Assembly (NCBI GenBank): GCA_964057225.1 | Contig: OZ059895.1 | Span: forward strand, 21,204,001-21,268,000 | Reading direction: 5' to 3' | DNA from: Auanema rhodensis | Lineage: Eukaryota > Animalia > Nematoda | Length of the DNA stretch: 64,000 nt | Part shown: positions 28,681 to 44,300 of the stretch, one piece after another | Layout of the letters: the number at the start of each line of letters is the position of its first letter | Position numbering within the stretch: position 1 is the first letter of the stretch | The notes under the pieces: generated by a model | What the model was told of the DNA's origin: nothing | What the model saw: the letters and a program-made list of their open reading frames with translations, nothing else | Database searches by the model: none | Program-made: the position numbers and the translations under genes

Positions 28681-31600
28681 CATTTCCATATTAGTCTAAA
28701 AACAATATTTTATTGATATTGGTGCATGGCAACCATGACTTTAAAATTTACGTGAACTTTAATTTATGCTAATTAAGTGTACACATGATGTGCACTTGGT
28801 ATGTAACTCGCTTCACGTCAAAGATAAAGAGATGCGGTTTTCAAAATTAGATTCCCCATTTCCATATTAGTCTAAAAACAATATTTTATTGATATTGGTG
28901 CATGGTAACCATGACTTTGAAATTTACGTGAACTTTAATTTATGCTAATTAAGTGTACACATGATGTGCGCTTGGTATGTAACTCGCTTCACGTCGAAAG
29001 ATAAAGAGATGCGGTTTTCAAAATTAGATTCCCCATGTCCATATTAGTCTAAAAACAAATTTTTGTTGATATTGGTGGATGGTAACCATGACTTTGAAAT
29101 TTAAGTGAACTTTAATTTATGCTAATTAAGTGTACACGTGATGTGCACTCGGTATGTAACTCGCTTCACGTGAAATATGAAGAGATGCGGTTTTCAAAAT
29201 TAGATTCCCCATTTCCATATTAGTCTAAAAACAATATTTTATTGATATTGGTGCATGGCAACCATGACTTTAAAATTTACGTGAACTTTAATTTATGCTA
29301 ATTAAGTGTACACATGATGTGCGCTTGGTATGTAACTCGCTTCACGTGAAAGATAAAGGGATGCGGTTTTCAAAATTAGATTCCCCATGTCCATATTAGT
29401 CTAAAAACGAATTTTTATTGATATTGATGCATGGTAACCATGACTTTGAAATTTACGTGAACTTTAATTTATGCTTATTAAGTGTACACGTGATGTGCAC
29501 TTGGTATGTAACTTGCTTCACGTGAAAGATAAAGGGATGCGGTTTTCAAAATTAGATTCCTCATGTCCATATTAGTCTAAAAACGAATTTTTATTGATAT
29601 TGATGCATGGTAACCATGACGTTGAAATTTACGTGAACTTTAATTTATGCTTATTAAGTGTACACGTGATGTGCACTTGGTATGTAACTTGCTTCACGTG
29701 AAAGATAAAGGGATGCGGTTTTCAAAATTAGATTCCCCATGTCCATATTAGTCTAAAAACAAATTTTTGTTGATATTGGTGGATGGTAACCATGACTTTG
29801 AAATTTAAGTGAACTTTAATTTATGCTAATTAAGTGTACACGTGATGTGCACTCGGTATGTAACTCGCTTCACGTGAAATATGAAGAGATGCGGTTTTCA
29901 AAATTAGATTCCCCATTTCCATATTAGTCTAAAAACAATATTTTATTGATATTGGTGCATGGCAACCATGACTTTAAAATTTACGTGAACTTTAATTTAT
30001 GCTAATTAAGTGTACACATGATGTGCGCTTGGTATGTAACTCGCTTCACGTGAAAGATAAAGGGATGCGGTTTTCAAAATTAGATTCCCCATGTCCATAT
30101 TAGTCTAAAAACGAATTTTTATTGATATTGATGCATGGTAACCATGACTTTGAAATTTACGTGAACTTTAATTTATGCTTATTAAGTGTACACGTGATGT
30201 GCACTTGGTATGTAACTTGCTTCACGTGAAAGATAAAGGGATGCGGTTTTCAAAATTAGATTCCTCATGTCCATATTAGTCTAAAAACGAATTTTTATTG
30301 ATATTGATGCATGGTAACCATGACGTTGAAATTTACGTGAACTTTAATTTATGCTTATTAAGTGTACACGTGATGTGCACTTGGTATGTAACTTGCTTCA
30401 CGTGAAAGATAAAGGGATGCGGTTTTCAAAATTAGATTCCCCATGTCCATATTAGTCTAAAAACAAATTTTTGTTGATATTGGTGGATGGTAACCATGAC
30501 TTTGAAATTTAAGTGAACTTTAATTTATGCTAATTAAGTGTACACGTGATGTGCACTCGGTATGTAACTCGCTTCACGTGAAATATGAAGAGATGCGGTT
30601 TTCAAAATTAGATTCCCCATTTCCATATTAGTCTAAAAACAATATTTTATTGATATTGGTGCATGGCAACCATGACTTTAAAATTTACGTGAACTTTAAT
30701 TTATGCTAATTAAGTGTACACATGATGTGCACTTGGTATGTAACTCGCTTCACGTCAAAGATAAAGAGATGCGGTTTTCAAAATTAGATTCCCCATTTCC
30801 ATATTAGTCTAAAAACAATATTTTATTGATATTGGTGCATGGTAACCATGACTTTGAAATTTACGTGAACTTTAATTTATGCTAATTAAGTGTACACATG
30901 ATGTGCGCTTGGTATGTAACTCGCTTCACGTCGAAAGATAAAGAGATGCGGTTTTCAAAATTAGATTCCCCATGTCCATATTAGTCTAAAAACAAATTTT
31001 TGTTGATATTGGTGGATGGTAACCATGACTTTGAAATTTAAGTGAACTTTAATTTATGCTAATTAAGTGTACACGTGATGTGCACTCGGTATGTAACTCG
31101 CTTCACGTGAAATATGAAGAGATGCGGTTTTCAAAATTAGATTCCCCATTTCCATATTAGTCTAAAAACAATATTTTATTGATATTGGTGCATGGCAACC
31201 ATGACTTTAAAATTTACGTGAACTTTAATTTATGCTAATTAAGTGTACACATGATGTGCGCTTGGTATGTAACTCGCTTCACGTGAAATATGAAGAGATG
31301 CGGTTTTCAAAATTAGATTCCCCATGTCCATATTAGTCTAAAAACGAATTTTTATTGATATTGATGCATGGTAACCATGACTTTGAAATTTACGTGAACT
31401 TTAATTTATGCTTATTAAGTGTACACGTGATGTGCACTTGGTATGTAACTTGCTTCACGTGAAAGATAAAGGGATGCGGTTTTCAAAATTAGATTCCCCA
31501 TGTCCATATTAGTCTAAAAACAAATTTTTGTTGATATTGGTGGATGGTAACCATGACTTTGAAATTTACGTGAACTTTAATTTATGCTAATTAAGTGTAC

Positions 31601-33425
31601 ACGTGATGTGCACTCGGTATGTAACTCGCTTCACGTGAAATATGAAGAGATGCGGTTTTCAAAATTAGATTCCCCATGTCCATATTAGTCTAAAAACAAA
31701 TTTTTATTAATATTGGTGCTTGGTAACCATGACTTTGAAATTTACGTGAACTTTAATTTATGCTAATTAAGTGAACACATGATGTGCACTTGGTATGTAA
31801 CTCGCTTCACGTGAAAGATAGAGAGATGCGGTTTTCAAAATAGATTCCCCATGTCCATATTAGTCTAAAAACGAATTTTTATTGATATTGATTCATGGTA
31901 ACCATGACTTGGAAATTTACGTGAACTTTAATTTATGCTTATTAAGTGTACACGTGATGTGCACTTGGTATGTAACTCGCTTCACGTGAAAGATAAAGGG
32001 ATGCGGTTTTCAAAATTAGATTCCCCATGTCCATATTAGTCTAAAAACAAATTTTTATTAATATTGGTGCATGGTAACCATGACTTTGAAATTTACGTGA
32101 ACTTTAATTTATGCTAATTAAGTGTACACATGATGTGCGCTTGGTATGTAACTCGCTTCACGTGAAAGATAAAGAGATGCGGTTTTCAAAATTAGATTCC
32201 CCATTTCCATATTAGTCTAAAAACAATATTTTATTGATATTGGTGCATGGCAACCATGACTTTAAAATTTACGTGAACTTTAATTTATGCTAATTAAGTG
32301 TACACATGATGTGCACTTGGTATGTAACTCGCTTCACGTCAAAGATAAAGAGATGCGGTTTTCAAAATTAGATTCCCCATGTCCATATTAGTCTAAAAAC
32401 ACATTTTTATTAATATTGGTGCATGGTAACCATGACTTTGAAATTTACGTGAACTTTAATTTATGCTTATTAAGTGTACACATGATGTGCGCTTGGTATG
32501 TAACTCGCTTCACGTGAAAGATAAAGAGATGCGGTTTTCAAAATTAGATTCCTCATGTCCATATTAGTCTAAAAACGAATTTTTATTGATATTGATGCAT
32601 GGTAACCATGACGTTGAAATTTACGTGAACTTTAATTTATGCTTATTAAGTGTACACGTGATGTGCACTTGGTATGTAACTTGCTTCACGTGAAAGATAA
32701 AGGGATGCGGTTTTCAAAATTAGATTCCCCATGTCCATATTAGTCTAAAAACAAATTTTTATTAATATTGGTGCATGGTAACCATGACTTTGAAATTTAC
32801 GTGAACTTTAATTTATGCTTATTAAGTGTACACATGATGTGCGCTTGGTATGTAACTCGCTTCACGTGAAAGATAAAGAGATGCGGTTTTCAAAATTAGA
32901 TTCCTCATGTCCATATTAGTCTAAAAACGAATTTTTATTGATATTGATGCATGGTAACCATGACGTTGAAATTTACGTGAACTTTAATTTATGCTTATTA
33001 AGTGTACACGTGATGTGCACTTGGTATGTAACTTGCTTCACGTGAAAGATAAAGGGATGCGGTTTTCAAAATTAGATTCCCCATGTCCATATTAGTCTAA
33101 AAACAAATTTTTGTTGATATTGGTGGATGGTAACCATGACTTTGAAATTTAAGTGAACTTTAATTTATGCTAATTAAGTGTACACGTGATGTGCACTCGG
33201 TATGTAACTCGCTTCACGTGAAATATGAAGAGATGCGGTTTTCAAAATTAGATTCCCCATTTCCATATTAGTCTAAAAACAATATTTTATTGATATTGGT
33301 GCATGGCAACCATGACTTTAAAATTTACGTGAACTTTAATTTATGCTAATTAAGTGTACACATGATGTGCACTTGGTATGTAACTCGCTTCACGTCAAAG
33401 ATAAAGAGATGCGGTTTTCAAAATT

Positions 33426-34490
33426 AGATTCCCCATTTCCATATTAGTCTAAAAACAATATTTTATTGATATTGGTGCATGGTAACCATGACTTTGAAAT
33501 TTACGTGAACTTTAATTTATGCTAATTAAGTGTACACATGATGTGCGCTTGGTATGTAACTCGCTTCACGTCGAAAGATAAAGAGATGCGGTTTTCAAAA
33601 TTAGATTCCCCATTTCCATATTAGTCTAAAAACAATATTTTATTGATATTGGTGCATGGCAACCATGACTTTGAAATTTACGTGAACTTTAATTTATGCT
33701 AATTAAGTGTACACATGATGTGCGCTTGGTATGTAACTCGCTTCACGTCGAAAGATAAAGAGATGCGGTTTTCAAAATTAGATTCCCCATTTCCATATTA
33801 GTCTAAAAACAATATTTTATTGATATTGGTGCATGGCAACCATGACTTTGAAATTTACGTGAACTTTAATTTATGCTAATTAAGTGTACACATGATGTGC
33901 GCTTGGTATGTAACTCGCTTCACGTCGAAAGATAAAGAGATGCGGTTTTCAAAATTAGATTCCCCATTTCCATATTAGTCTAAAAACAATATTTTATTGA
34001 TATTGGTGCATGGCAACCATGACTTTGAAATTTACGTGAACTTTAATTTATGCTAATTAAGTGTACACATGATGTGCGCTTGGTATGTAACTCGCTTCAC
34101 GTCGAAAGATAAAGAGATGCGGTTTTCAAAATTAGATTCCCCATTTCCATATTAGTCTAAAAACAATATTTTATTGATATTGGTGCATGGCAACCATGAC
34201 TTTGAAATTTACGTGAACTTTAATTTATGCTAATTAAGTGTACACATGATGTGCGCTTGGTATGTAACTCGCTTCACGTCGAAAGATAAAGAGATGCGGT
34301 TTTCAAAATTAGATTCCCCATTTCCATATTAGTCTAAAAACAATATTTTATTGATATTGGTGCATGGTAACCATGACTTTGAAATTTACGTGAACTTTAA
34401 TTTATGCTAATTAAGTGTACACATGATGTGCGCTTGGTATGTAACTCGCTTCACGTCGAAAGATAAAGAGATGCGGTTTTCAAAATTAGA
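33426..34490. repeat. Run of six near-identical 177-bp monomers
   Basis: The CACGTCGAAAG insertion variant has its TCG at 33571, 33748, 33925, 34102, 34279 and 34456 (period exactly 177). Confidence 0.92.
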
Positions 34491-35299
34491 TTCCCCATTT
34501 CCATATTAGTCTAAAAACAATATTTTATTGATATTGGTGCATGGCAACCATGACTTTAAAATTTACGTGAACTTTAATTTATGCTAATTAAGTGTACACA
34601 TGATGTGCGCTTGGTATGTAACTCGCTTCACGTGAAAGATAAAGAGATGCGGTTTTCAAAATTAGATTCCTCATGTCCATACTAGTCTAAAAACGAATTT
34701 TTATTGATATTGATGCATGGTAACCATGACTTTGAAATTTACGTGAACTTTAATTTATGCTTATTAAGTGTACACGTGATGTGCACTTGGTATGTAACTC
34801 GCTTCACGTGAAAGATAAAGGGATGCGGTTTTCAAAATTAGATTCCCCATGTCCATATTAGTCTAAAAACAAATTTTTATTAATATTGGTGCATGGTAAC
34901 CATGACTTTGAAATTTACGTGAACTTTAATTTATGCTAATTAAGTGTACACATGATGTGCGCTTGGTATGTAACTCGCTTCACGTGAAAGATAAAGAGAT
35001 GCGGTTTTCAAAATTAGATTCCCCATTTCCATATTAGTCTAAAAACAATATTTTATTGATATTGGTGCATGGCAACCATGACTTTAAAATTTACGTGAAC
35101 TTTAATTTATGCTAATTAAGTGTACACATGATGTGCACTTGGTATGTAACTCGCTTCACGTCAAAGATAAAGAGATGCGGTTTTCAAAATTAGATTCCCC
35201 ATGTCCATATTAGTCTAAAAACAAATTTTTATTAATATTGGTGCATGGTAACCATGACTTTGAAATTTACGTGAACTTTAATTTATGCTAATTAAGTGT

Positions 35300-37400
35300 A
35301 CACATGATGTGCGCTTGGTATGTAACTCGCTTCACGTGAAAGATAAAGAGATGCGGTTTTCAAAATTAGATTCCTCATGTCCATACTAGTCTAAAAACGA
35401 ATTTTTATTGATATTGATGCATGGTAACCATGACTTTGAAATTTACGTGAACTTTAATTTATGCTTATTAAGTGTACACGTGATGTGCACTTGGTATGTA
35501 ACTTGCTTCACGTGAAAGATAAAGGGATGCGGTTTTCAAAATTAGATTCCCCATGTCCATATTAGTCTAAAAACAAATTTTTGTTGATATTGGTGGATGG
35601 TAACCATGACTTTGTAATTTACGTGAACTTTAATTTATGCTAATTAAGTGTACACGTGATGTGCACTTGGTATGTAACTCGCTTCACGTGAAAGATAAAG
35701 AGATGCGGTTTTCAAAATTAGATTCCTCATGTCCATATTAGTCTAAAAACAAATTTTCATTGATATTGATGCATGGTAACCATGACTTTGAAATTTACGT
35801 GAACTTTAATTTATGCTTATTAAGTGTACACATGATGTGCGCTTGGTATGTAACTCGCTTCACGTGAAAGATAAAGAGATGCGGTTTTCAAAATTAGATT
35901 CCTCATGTCCATATTAGTCTAAAAACGAATTTTTATTGATATTGATGCATGGTAACCATGACTTTGAAATTTACGTGAACTTTAATTTATGCTTATTAAG
36001 TGTACACGTGATGTGCACTTGGTATGTAACTTGCTTCACGTGAAAGATAAAGGGATGCGGTTTTCAAAATTAGATTCCCCATGTCCATATTAGTCTAAAA
36101 ACAAATTTTTGTTGATATTGGTGAATGGTAACCATGACTTTGAAATTTACGTGAACTTTAATTTATGCTAATTAAGTGTACACGTGATGTGCACTCGGTA
36201 TGTAACTCGCTTCACGTGAAATATGAAGAGATGCGGTTTTCAAAATTAGATTCCCCATGTCCATATTAGTCTAAAAACAAATTTTTTTTAATATTGGTGC
36301 TTGGTAACCATGACTTTGAAATTTACGTGAACTTTAATTTATGCTAATTAAGTGTACACATGATGTGCGCTTGGTATGTAACTCGCTTCACGTGAAAGAT
36401 AAAGAGATGCGGTTTTCAAAATTAGATTCCTCATGTCCATACTAGTCTAAAAACGAATTTTTATTGATATTGATGCATGGTAACCATGACTTTGAAATTT
36501 ACGTGAACTTTAATTTATGCTTATTAAGTGTACACGTGATGTGCACTTGGTATGTAACTTGCTTCACGTGAAAGATAAAGGGATGCGGTTTTCAAAATTA
36601 GATTCCCCATGTCCATATTAGTCTAAAAACAAATTTTTGTTGATATTGGTGGATGGTAACCATGACTTTGTAATTTACGTGAACTTTAATTTATGCTAAT
36701 TAAGTGTACACGTGATGTGCACTTGGTATGTAACTCGCTTCACGTGAAAGATAAAGAGATGCGGTTTTCAAAATTAGATTCCTCATGTCCATATTAGTCT
36801 AAAAACAAATTTTCATTGATATTGATGCATGGTAACCATGACTTTGAAATTTACGTGAACTTTAATTTATGCTTATTAAGTGTACACATGATGTGCGCTT
36901 GGTATGTAACTCGCTTCACGTGAAAGATAAAGAGATGCGGTTTTCAAAATTAGATTCCTCATGTCCATATTAGTCTAAAAACGAATTTTTATTGATATTG
37001 ATGCATGGTAACCATGACTTTGAAATTTACGTGAACTTTAATTTATGCTTATTAAGTGTACACGTGATGTGCACTTGGTATGTAACTTGCTTCACGTGAA
37101 AGATAAAGGGATGCGGTTTTCAAAATTAGATTCCCCATGTCCATATTAGTCTAAAAACAAATTTTTGTTGATATTGGTGAATGGTAACCATGACTTTGAA
37201 ATTTACGTGAACTTTAATTTATGCTAATTAAGTGTACACGTGATGTGCACTCGGTATGTAACTCGCTTCACGTGAAATATGAAGAGATGCGGTTTTCAAA
37301 ATTAGATTCCCCATGTCCATATTAGTCTAAAAACAAATTTTTTTTAATATTGGTGCTTGGTAACCATGACTTTGAAATTTACGTGAACTTTAATTTATGC
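35300..37400. repeat. 6-monomer (1056 bp) tandem duplication
   Basis: GTGAATGG at 36121/37177, ATTTTTTTTAAT at ~36281/37337 and CAAATTTTCATT at ~35750/36806 are all offset by 1056. Confidence 0.85.
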
Positions 37401-40400
37401 TAATTAAGTGAACACATGATGTGCACTTGGTATGTAACTCGCTTCACGTGAAAGATAGAGAGATGCGGTTTTCAAAATAGATTCCCCATGTCCATATTAG
37501 TCTAAAAACGAATTTTTATTGATATTGATTCATGGTAACCATGACTTTGAAAATTACGTGAACTTTAATTTATGCTAATTAAGTGAACACATGATGTGCA
37601 CTTGGTATGTAACTCGCTTCACGTGAAAGATAAAGAGATGTGGTTTTCAAAATAGATTCCCCATGTCCATATTAGTCTAAAAACGAATTTTTATTGATAT
37701 TGATTCATGGTAACCATGACTTTGAAAATTACGTGAACTTTAATTTATGCTTATTAAGTGTGCACGTGATGTGCACTTGGTATGTAACTCGCTTCACGTG
37801 AAAGATAAAGGGATGCGGTTTTCAAAATTAGATTCCCCATGTCCATATTAGTCTAAAAACAAATTTTTATTAATATTGGTGCATGGTAACCATGACTTTG
37901 AAATTTACGTGAACTTTAATTTATGCTAATTAAGTGTACACATGATGTGCGATTGGTATGTAACTCGCTTCACGTGAAAGATAAAGAGATGCGGTTTTCA
38001 AAATTAGATTTCGCATGTCCATATTAGTCTAAAAACAAATTTTTATTGATATTGGTGCATGGTAACCATGACTTTGAAATTTACGTGAACTTTAATTTAT
38101 GCTAATTAAGTGTACACATGATGTGCGCTTGGTATGTAACTCGCTTCACGTGAAAGATAAAGAGATGTGGTTTTCAAAATAGATTCCCCATGTCCATATT
38201 AGTCTAAAAACAAATTTTTATTAATATTGGTGCATGGTAACTATGACTTTGAAATTTACGTGAACTTTAATTTATGCTAATTAAGTGTATACATGATGTG
38301 CACTTGGTATGTAACTCGCTTCACGTCAACGATAAAGAGATGCGGTTTTCAAAATTAGATTCCCCATGTCCATATTAGTCTAAAAACAAATTTTTATTAA
38401 TATTGGTGCATGGTAACCATGACTTTGAAATTTACGTGAACTTTAATTTATGCTAATTAAGTGTACACATGATGTGCGCTTGGTATGTAACTCGCTTCAC
38501 GTGAAAGATAAAGAGATGCGGTTTTCAAAATTAGATTTCGCATGTCCATATTAGTCTAAAAACAATTTTTTATTGATATTGGTGCATGGTAACCATGACT
38601 TTAAAATTTACGTGAACTTTAATTTATGCTAATTAAGTGTACACATGATGTGCGCTTGGTGTGTAACTCGCTTCACGTGAAAGATAAAGAGATGCGGTTT
38701 TCAAAATTAGATTCCTCATGTCCATATTAGTCTAAAAACGAATTTTTATTGATATTGATGCATGGTAACTATGACTTTGAAATTTACGTGAACTTTAATT
38801 TATGCTAATTAAGTGTATACATGATGTGCACTTGGTATGTAACTCGCTTCACGTCAACGATAAAGAGATGCGGTTTTCAAAATTAGATTCCCCATGTCCA
38901 TATTAGTCTAAAAACAAATTTTTATTAATATTGGTGCATGGTAACCATGACTTTGAAATTTACGTGAACTTTAATTTATGCTAATTAAGTGTACACATGA
39001 TGTGCACTTGGTATGTAAAACGCTTCACGTCAAAGATAAAGAGATGCGGTTTTCCAAATTAGATTCCCCATGTCCATATTAGTCTAAAAACAAATTTTTA
39101 TTAATATTGGTGCATGGTAACCATGACTTTGAAATTTACGTGAACTTTAATTTATGCTAATTAAGTGTACACATGATGTGCGCTTGGTATGTAACTCGCT
39201 TCACGTGAAAGATAAAGGGATGCGGTTTTCAAAATTAGATTCCCCATGTCCATATTAGTCTAAAAACAAATTTTTATTAATATTGGTGCATGGTAACCAT
39301 GACTTTGAAATTTACGTGAACTTTAATTTATGCTAATTAAGTGTACACATGATGTGCGCTTGGTATGTAACTCGCTTCACGTGAAAGATAAAGGGATGCG
39401 GTTTTCAAAATTAGATTCCCCATGTCCATATTAGTCTAAAAACAAATTTTTATTAATATTGGTGCATGGTAACCATGACTTTGAAATTTACGTGAACTTT
39501 AATTTATGCTTATTAAGTGTACACGTGATGTGCACTTGGTATGTAACTTGCTTCACGTGAAAGATAAAGGGATGAGGTTTTCAAAATTAGATTCCCCATG
39601 TCCATATTAGTCTAAAAACGAATTTTTATTGATATTGATGCATGGTAACTATGACTTTGAAATTTACGTGAACTTTAATTTATGCTAATTAAGTGTACAC
39701 ATGATGTGCACTTGGTATGTAACTCGCTTCACGTCAACGATAAAGAGATGCGGTTTTCAAAATTAGATTCCCCATGTCCATATTAGTCTAAAAACAAATT
39801 TTTATTAATATTGGTGCATGGTAACCATGACTTTGAAATTTACGTGAACTTTAATTTATGCTAATTAAGTGTACACATGATGTGCGCTTGGTATGTAACT
39901 CGCTTCACGTGAAAGATAAAGAGATGCGGTTTTCCAAATTAGATTCCCCATGTCCATATCAGTTCAAAAACAAATTTTTGTTGATATTGGTGGATGGTAA
40001 CCATGACTTTGAAATTTACGTGAACTTTAATTTATGCTAATTAAGTGTACACATGATGTGCGCTTGGTATGTAACTCGCTTCACGTGAAAGATAAAGGGA
40101 TGCGGTTTTCAAAATTAGATTCCCCATGTCCATATTAGTCTAAAAACAAATTTTTATTAATATTGGTGCATGGTAACCATGACTTTGAAATTTACGTGAA
40201 CTTTAATTTATGCTTATTAAGTGTACACGTGATGTGCACTTGGTATGTAACTTGCTTCACGTGAAAGATAAAGGGATGCGGTTTTCAAAATTAGATTCCC
40301 CATGTCCATATTAGTCTAAAAACAAATTTTTATTAATATTGGTGCATGGTAACCATGACTTTGAAATTTACGTGAACTTTAATTTATGCTAATTAAGTGT

Positions 40401-41329
40401 ACACATGATGTGCGCTTGGTATGTAACTCGCTTCACGTGAAAGATAAAGGGATGCGGTTTTCAAAATTAGATTCCCCATGTCCATATTAGTCTAAAAACA
40501 AATTTTTATTAATATTGGTGCATGGTAACCATGACTTTGAAATTTACGTGAACTTTAATTTATGCTAATTAAGTGTACACATGATGTGCGCTTGGTATGT
40601 AACTCGCTTCACGTGAAAGATAAAGGGATGCGGTTTTCAAAATTAGATTCCCCATTTCCATATTAGTCTAAAAACAAATTTTTATTAATATTGGTGCATG
40701 GTAACCATGACTTTGAAATTTACGTGAACTTCAATTTATGCTAATTAAGTGTACACATGATGTGCGCTTGGTATGTAACTCGCTTCACGTGAAAGATAAA
40801 GAGATGCGGTTTTCAAAATTAGATTTCGCATGTCCATATTAGTCTAAAAACAAAATTTTTATTGATATTGGTGCATGGTAACCATGACTTTGAAATTTAC
40901 GTGAACTTTAATTTATGCTAATTAAGTGTACACATGATGTGCGCTTGGTATGTAACTCGCTTCACGTGAAAGATAAAGAGATATGGTTTTCAAAATAGAT
41001 TCCCCATGTCCATATTAGTCTAAAAACGAATTTTTATTGATATTGATTCATGGTAACCATGACTTTGAAAATTACGTGAACTTTAATTTATGCTTATTAA
41101 GTGTACACGTGATGTGCACTTGGTATGTAACTCGCTTCACGTGAAAGATAAAGGGATGCGGTTTTCAAAATTAGATTCCCCATGTCCATATTAGTCTAAA
41201 AACAAATTTTTATTAATATTGGTGCATGGTAACCATGACTTTGAAATTTACGTGAACTTTAATTTATGCTAATTAAGTGTACACATGATGTGCGCTTGGT
41301 ATGTAACTCGCTTCACGTGAAAGATAAAG

Positions 41330-44300
41330 AGATGCGGTTTTCAAAATTAGATTTCGCATGTCCATATTAGTCTAAAAACAATTTTTTATTGATATTGGTG
41401 CATGGTAACCATGACTTTAAAATTTACGTGAACTTTAATTTATGCTAATTAAGTGTACACATGATGTGCGCTTGGTATGTAACTCGCTTCACGTGAAAGA
41501 TAAAGTGATGCGGTTTTCAAAATTAGATTCCTCATGTCCATATTAGTCTAAAAACGAATTTTTATTGATATTGATGCATGGTAACCATGACTTTGAAATT
41601 TACGTGAACTTTAATTTATGCTAATTAAGTGTACACATGATGTGCACTTGGTATGTAACTCGCTTCACGTCAACGATAAAGAGATGCGGTTTTCAAAATT
41701 AGATTCCCCATGTCCATATTAGTCTAAAAACAAATTTTTATTAATATTGGTGCATGGTAACCATGACTTTGAAATTTACGTGAACTTTAATTTATGCTAA
41801 TTAAGTGTACACATGATGTGCACTTGGTATGTAAAACGCTTCACGTCAAAGATAAAGAGATGCGGTTTTCCAAATTAGATTCCCCATGTCCATATCAGTT
41901 CAAAAACAAATTTTTGTTGATATTGGTGGATGGTAACCATGACTTTGAAATTTACGTGAACTTTAATTTATGCTAATTAAGTGTACACATGATGTGCGCT
42001 TGGTATGTAACTCGCTTCACGTGAAAGATAAAGGGATGCGGTTTTCAAAATTAGATTCCCCATGTCCATATTAGTCTAAAAACAAATTTTTATTAATATT
42101 GGTGCATGGTAACCATGACTTTGAAATTTACGTGAACTTTAATTTATGCTTATTAAGTGTACACGTGATGTGCACTTGGTATGTAACTTGCTTCACGTGA
42201 AAGATAAAGGGATGCGGTTTTCAAAATTAGATTCCCCATGTCCATATTAGTCTAAAAACAAATTTTTATTAATATTGGTGCATGGTAACCATGACTTTGA
42301 AATTTACGTGAACTTTAATTTATGCTAATTAAGTGTACACATGATGTGCGCTTGGTATGTAACTCGCTTCACGTGAAAGATAAAGAGATGCGGTTTTCAA
42401 AATTAGATTCCCCATTTCCATGTTAATCTAAAAACAAGTTTTTATTAATATTGGTGCATGGTAACCATGACTTTGAAATTTACGTGAACTTTAATTTATG
42501 CTAATTAAGTGTACACATGATGTGCGCTTGGTATGTAACTCGCTTCACGTGAAAGATAAAGAGATGCGGTTTTCAAAATTAGATTCCTCATGTCCATACT
42601 AGTCTAAAAACGAATTTTTATTGATATTGATGCATGGTAACCATGACTTTGAAATTTACGTGAACTTTAATTTATGCTTATTAAGTGTACACGTGATGTG
42701 CACTTGGTATGTAACTTGCTTCACGTGAAAGATAAAGGGATGCGGTTTTCAAAATTAGATTCCCCATGTCCATACTAGTCTAAAAACGAATTTTTATTGA
42801 TATTGATGCATGGTAACCATGACTTTGAAATTTACGTGAACTTTAATTTATGCTTATTAAGTGTACACGTGATGTGCACTTGGTATGTAACTTGCTTCAC
42901 GTGAAAGATAAAGGGATGCGGTTTTCAAAATTAGATTCCCCATGTCCATATTAGTCTAAAAACGAATTTTTATTGATATTGATGCATGGTAACCATGACT
43001 TTGAAATTTACGTGAACTTTAATTTATGCTAATTAAGTGTACACATGATGTGCGCTTGGTATGTAACTCGCTTCACGTGAAAGATAAAGAGATGCGGTTT
43101 TCAAAATTAGATTCCTCATGTCCATACTAGTCTAAAAACGAATTTTTATTGATATTGATGCATGGTAACCATGACTTTGAAATTTACGTGAACTTTAATT
43201 TATGCTTATTAAGTGTACACGTGATGTGCACTTGGTATGTAACTTGCTTCACGTGAAAGATAAAGGGATGCGGTTTTCAAAATTAGATTCCCCATGTCCA
43301 TATTAGTCTAAAAACGAATTTTTATTGATATTGATGCATGGTAACCATGACTTTGAAATTTACGTGAACTTTAATTTATGCTTATTAAGTGTACACGTGA
43401 TGTGCACTTGGTATGTAACTCGCTTCACGTGAAAGATAAAGAGATGCGGTTTTCAAAATTAGATTTCGCATGTCCATATTAGTCTAAAAACAATTTTTTA
43501 TTGATATTGGTGCATGGTAACCATGACTTTAAAATTTACGTGAACTTTAATTTATGCTAATTAAGTGTACACATGATGTGCGCTTGGTATGTAACTCGCT
43601 TCACGTGAAAGATAAAGTGATGCGGTTTTCAAAATTAGATTCCTCATGTCCATATTAGTCTAAAAACGAATTTTTATTGATATTGATGCATGGTAACCAT
43701 GACTTTGAAATTTACGTGAACTTTAATTTATGCTAATTAAGTGTACACATGATGTGCACTTGGTATGTAACTCGCTTCACGTCAACGATAAAGAGATGCG
43801 GTTTTCAAAATTAGATTCCCCATGTCCATATTAGTCTAAAAACAAATTTTTATTAATATTGGTGCATGGTAACCATGACTTTGAAATTTACGTGAACTTT
43901 AATTTATGCTAATTAAGTGTACACATGATGTGCACTTGGTATGTAAAACGCTTCACGTCAAAGATAAAGAGATGCGGTTTTCCAAATTAGATTCCCCATG
44001 TCCATATCAGTTCAAAAACAAATTTTTGTTGATATTGGTGGATGGTAACCATGACTTTGAAATTTACGTGAACTTTAATTTATGCTAATTAAGTGTACAC
44101 ATGATGTGCGCTTGGTATGTAACTCGCTTCACGTGAAAGATAAAGGGATGCGGTTTTCAAAATTAGATTCCCCATGTCCATATTAGTCTAAAAACAAATT
44201 TTTATTAATATTGGTGCATGGTAACCATGACTTTGAAATTTACGTGAACTTTAATTTATGCTTATTAAGTGTACACGTGATGTGCACTTGGTATGTAACT

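Noticed and set aside
2734-44088. Eleven 60-76 aa ORFs (MLIKCT...) in the ORF track
   Set aside because: They are chance read-throughs of the satellite monomer where a T>C change (ATTAG to ATCAG) and neighbouring variants remove stops. They are useful only as variant markers; there is no coding evidence.
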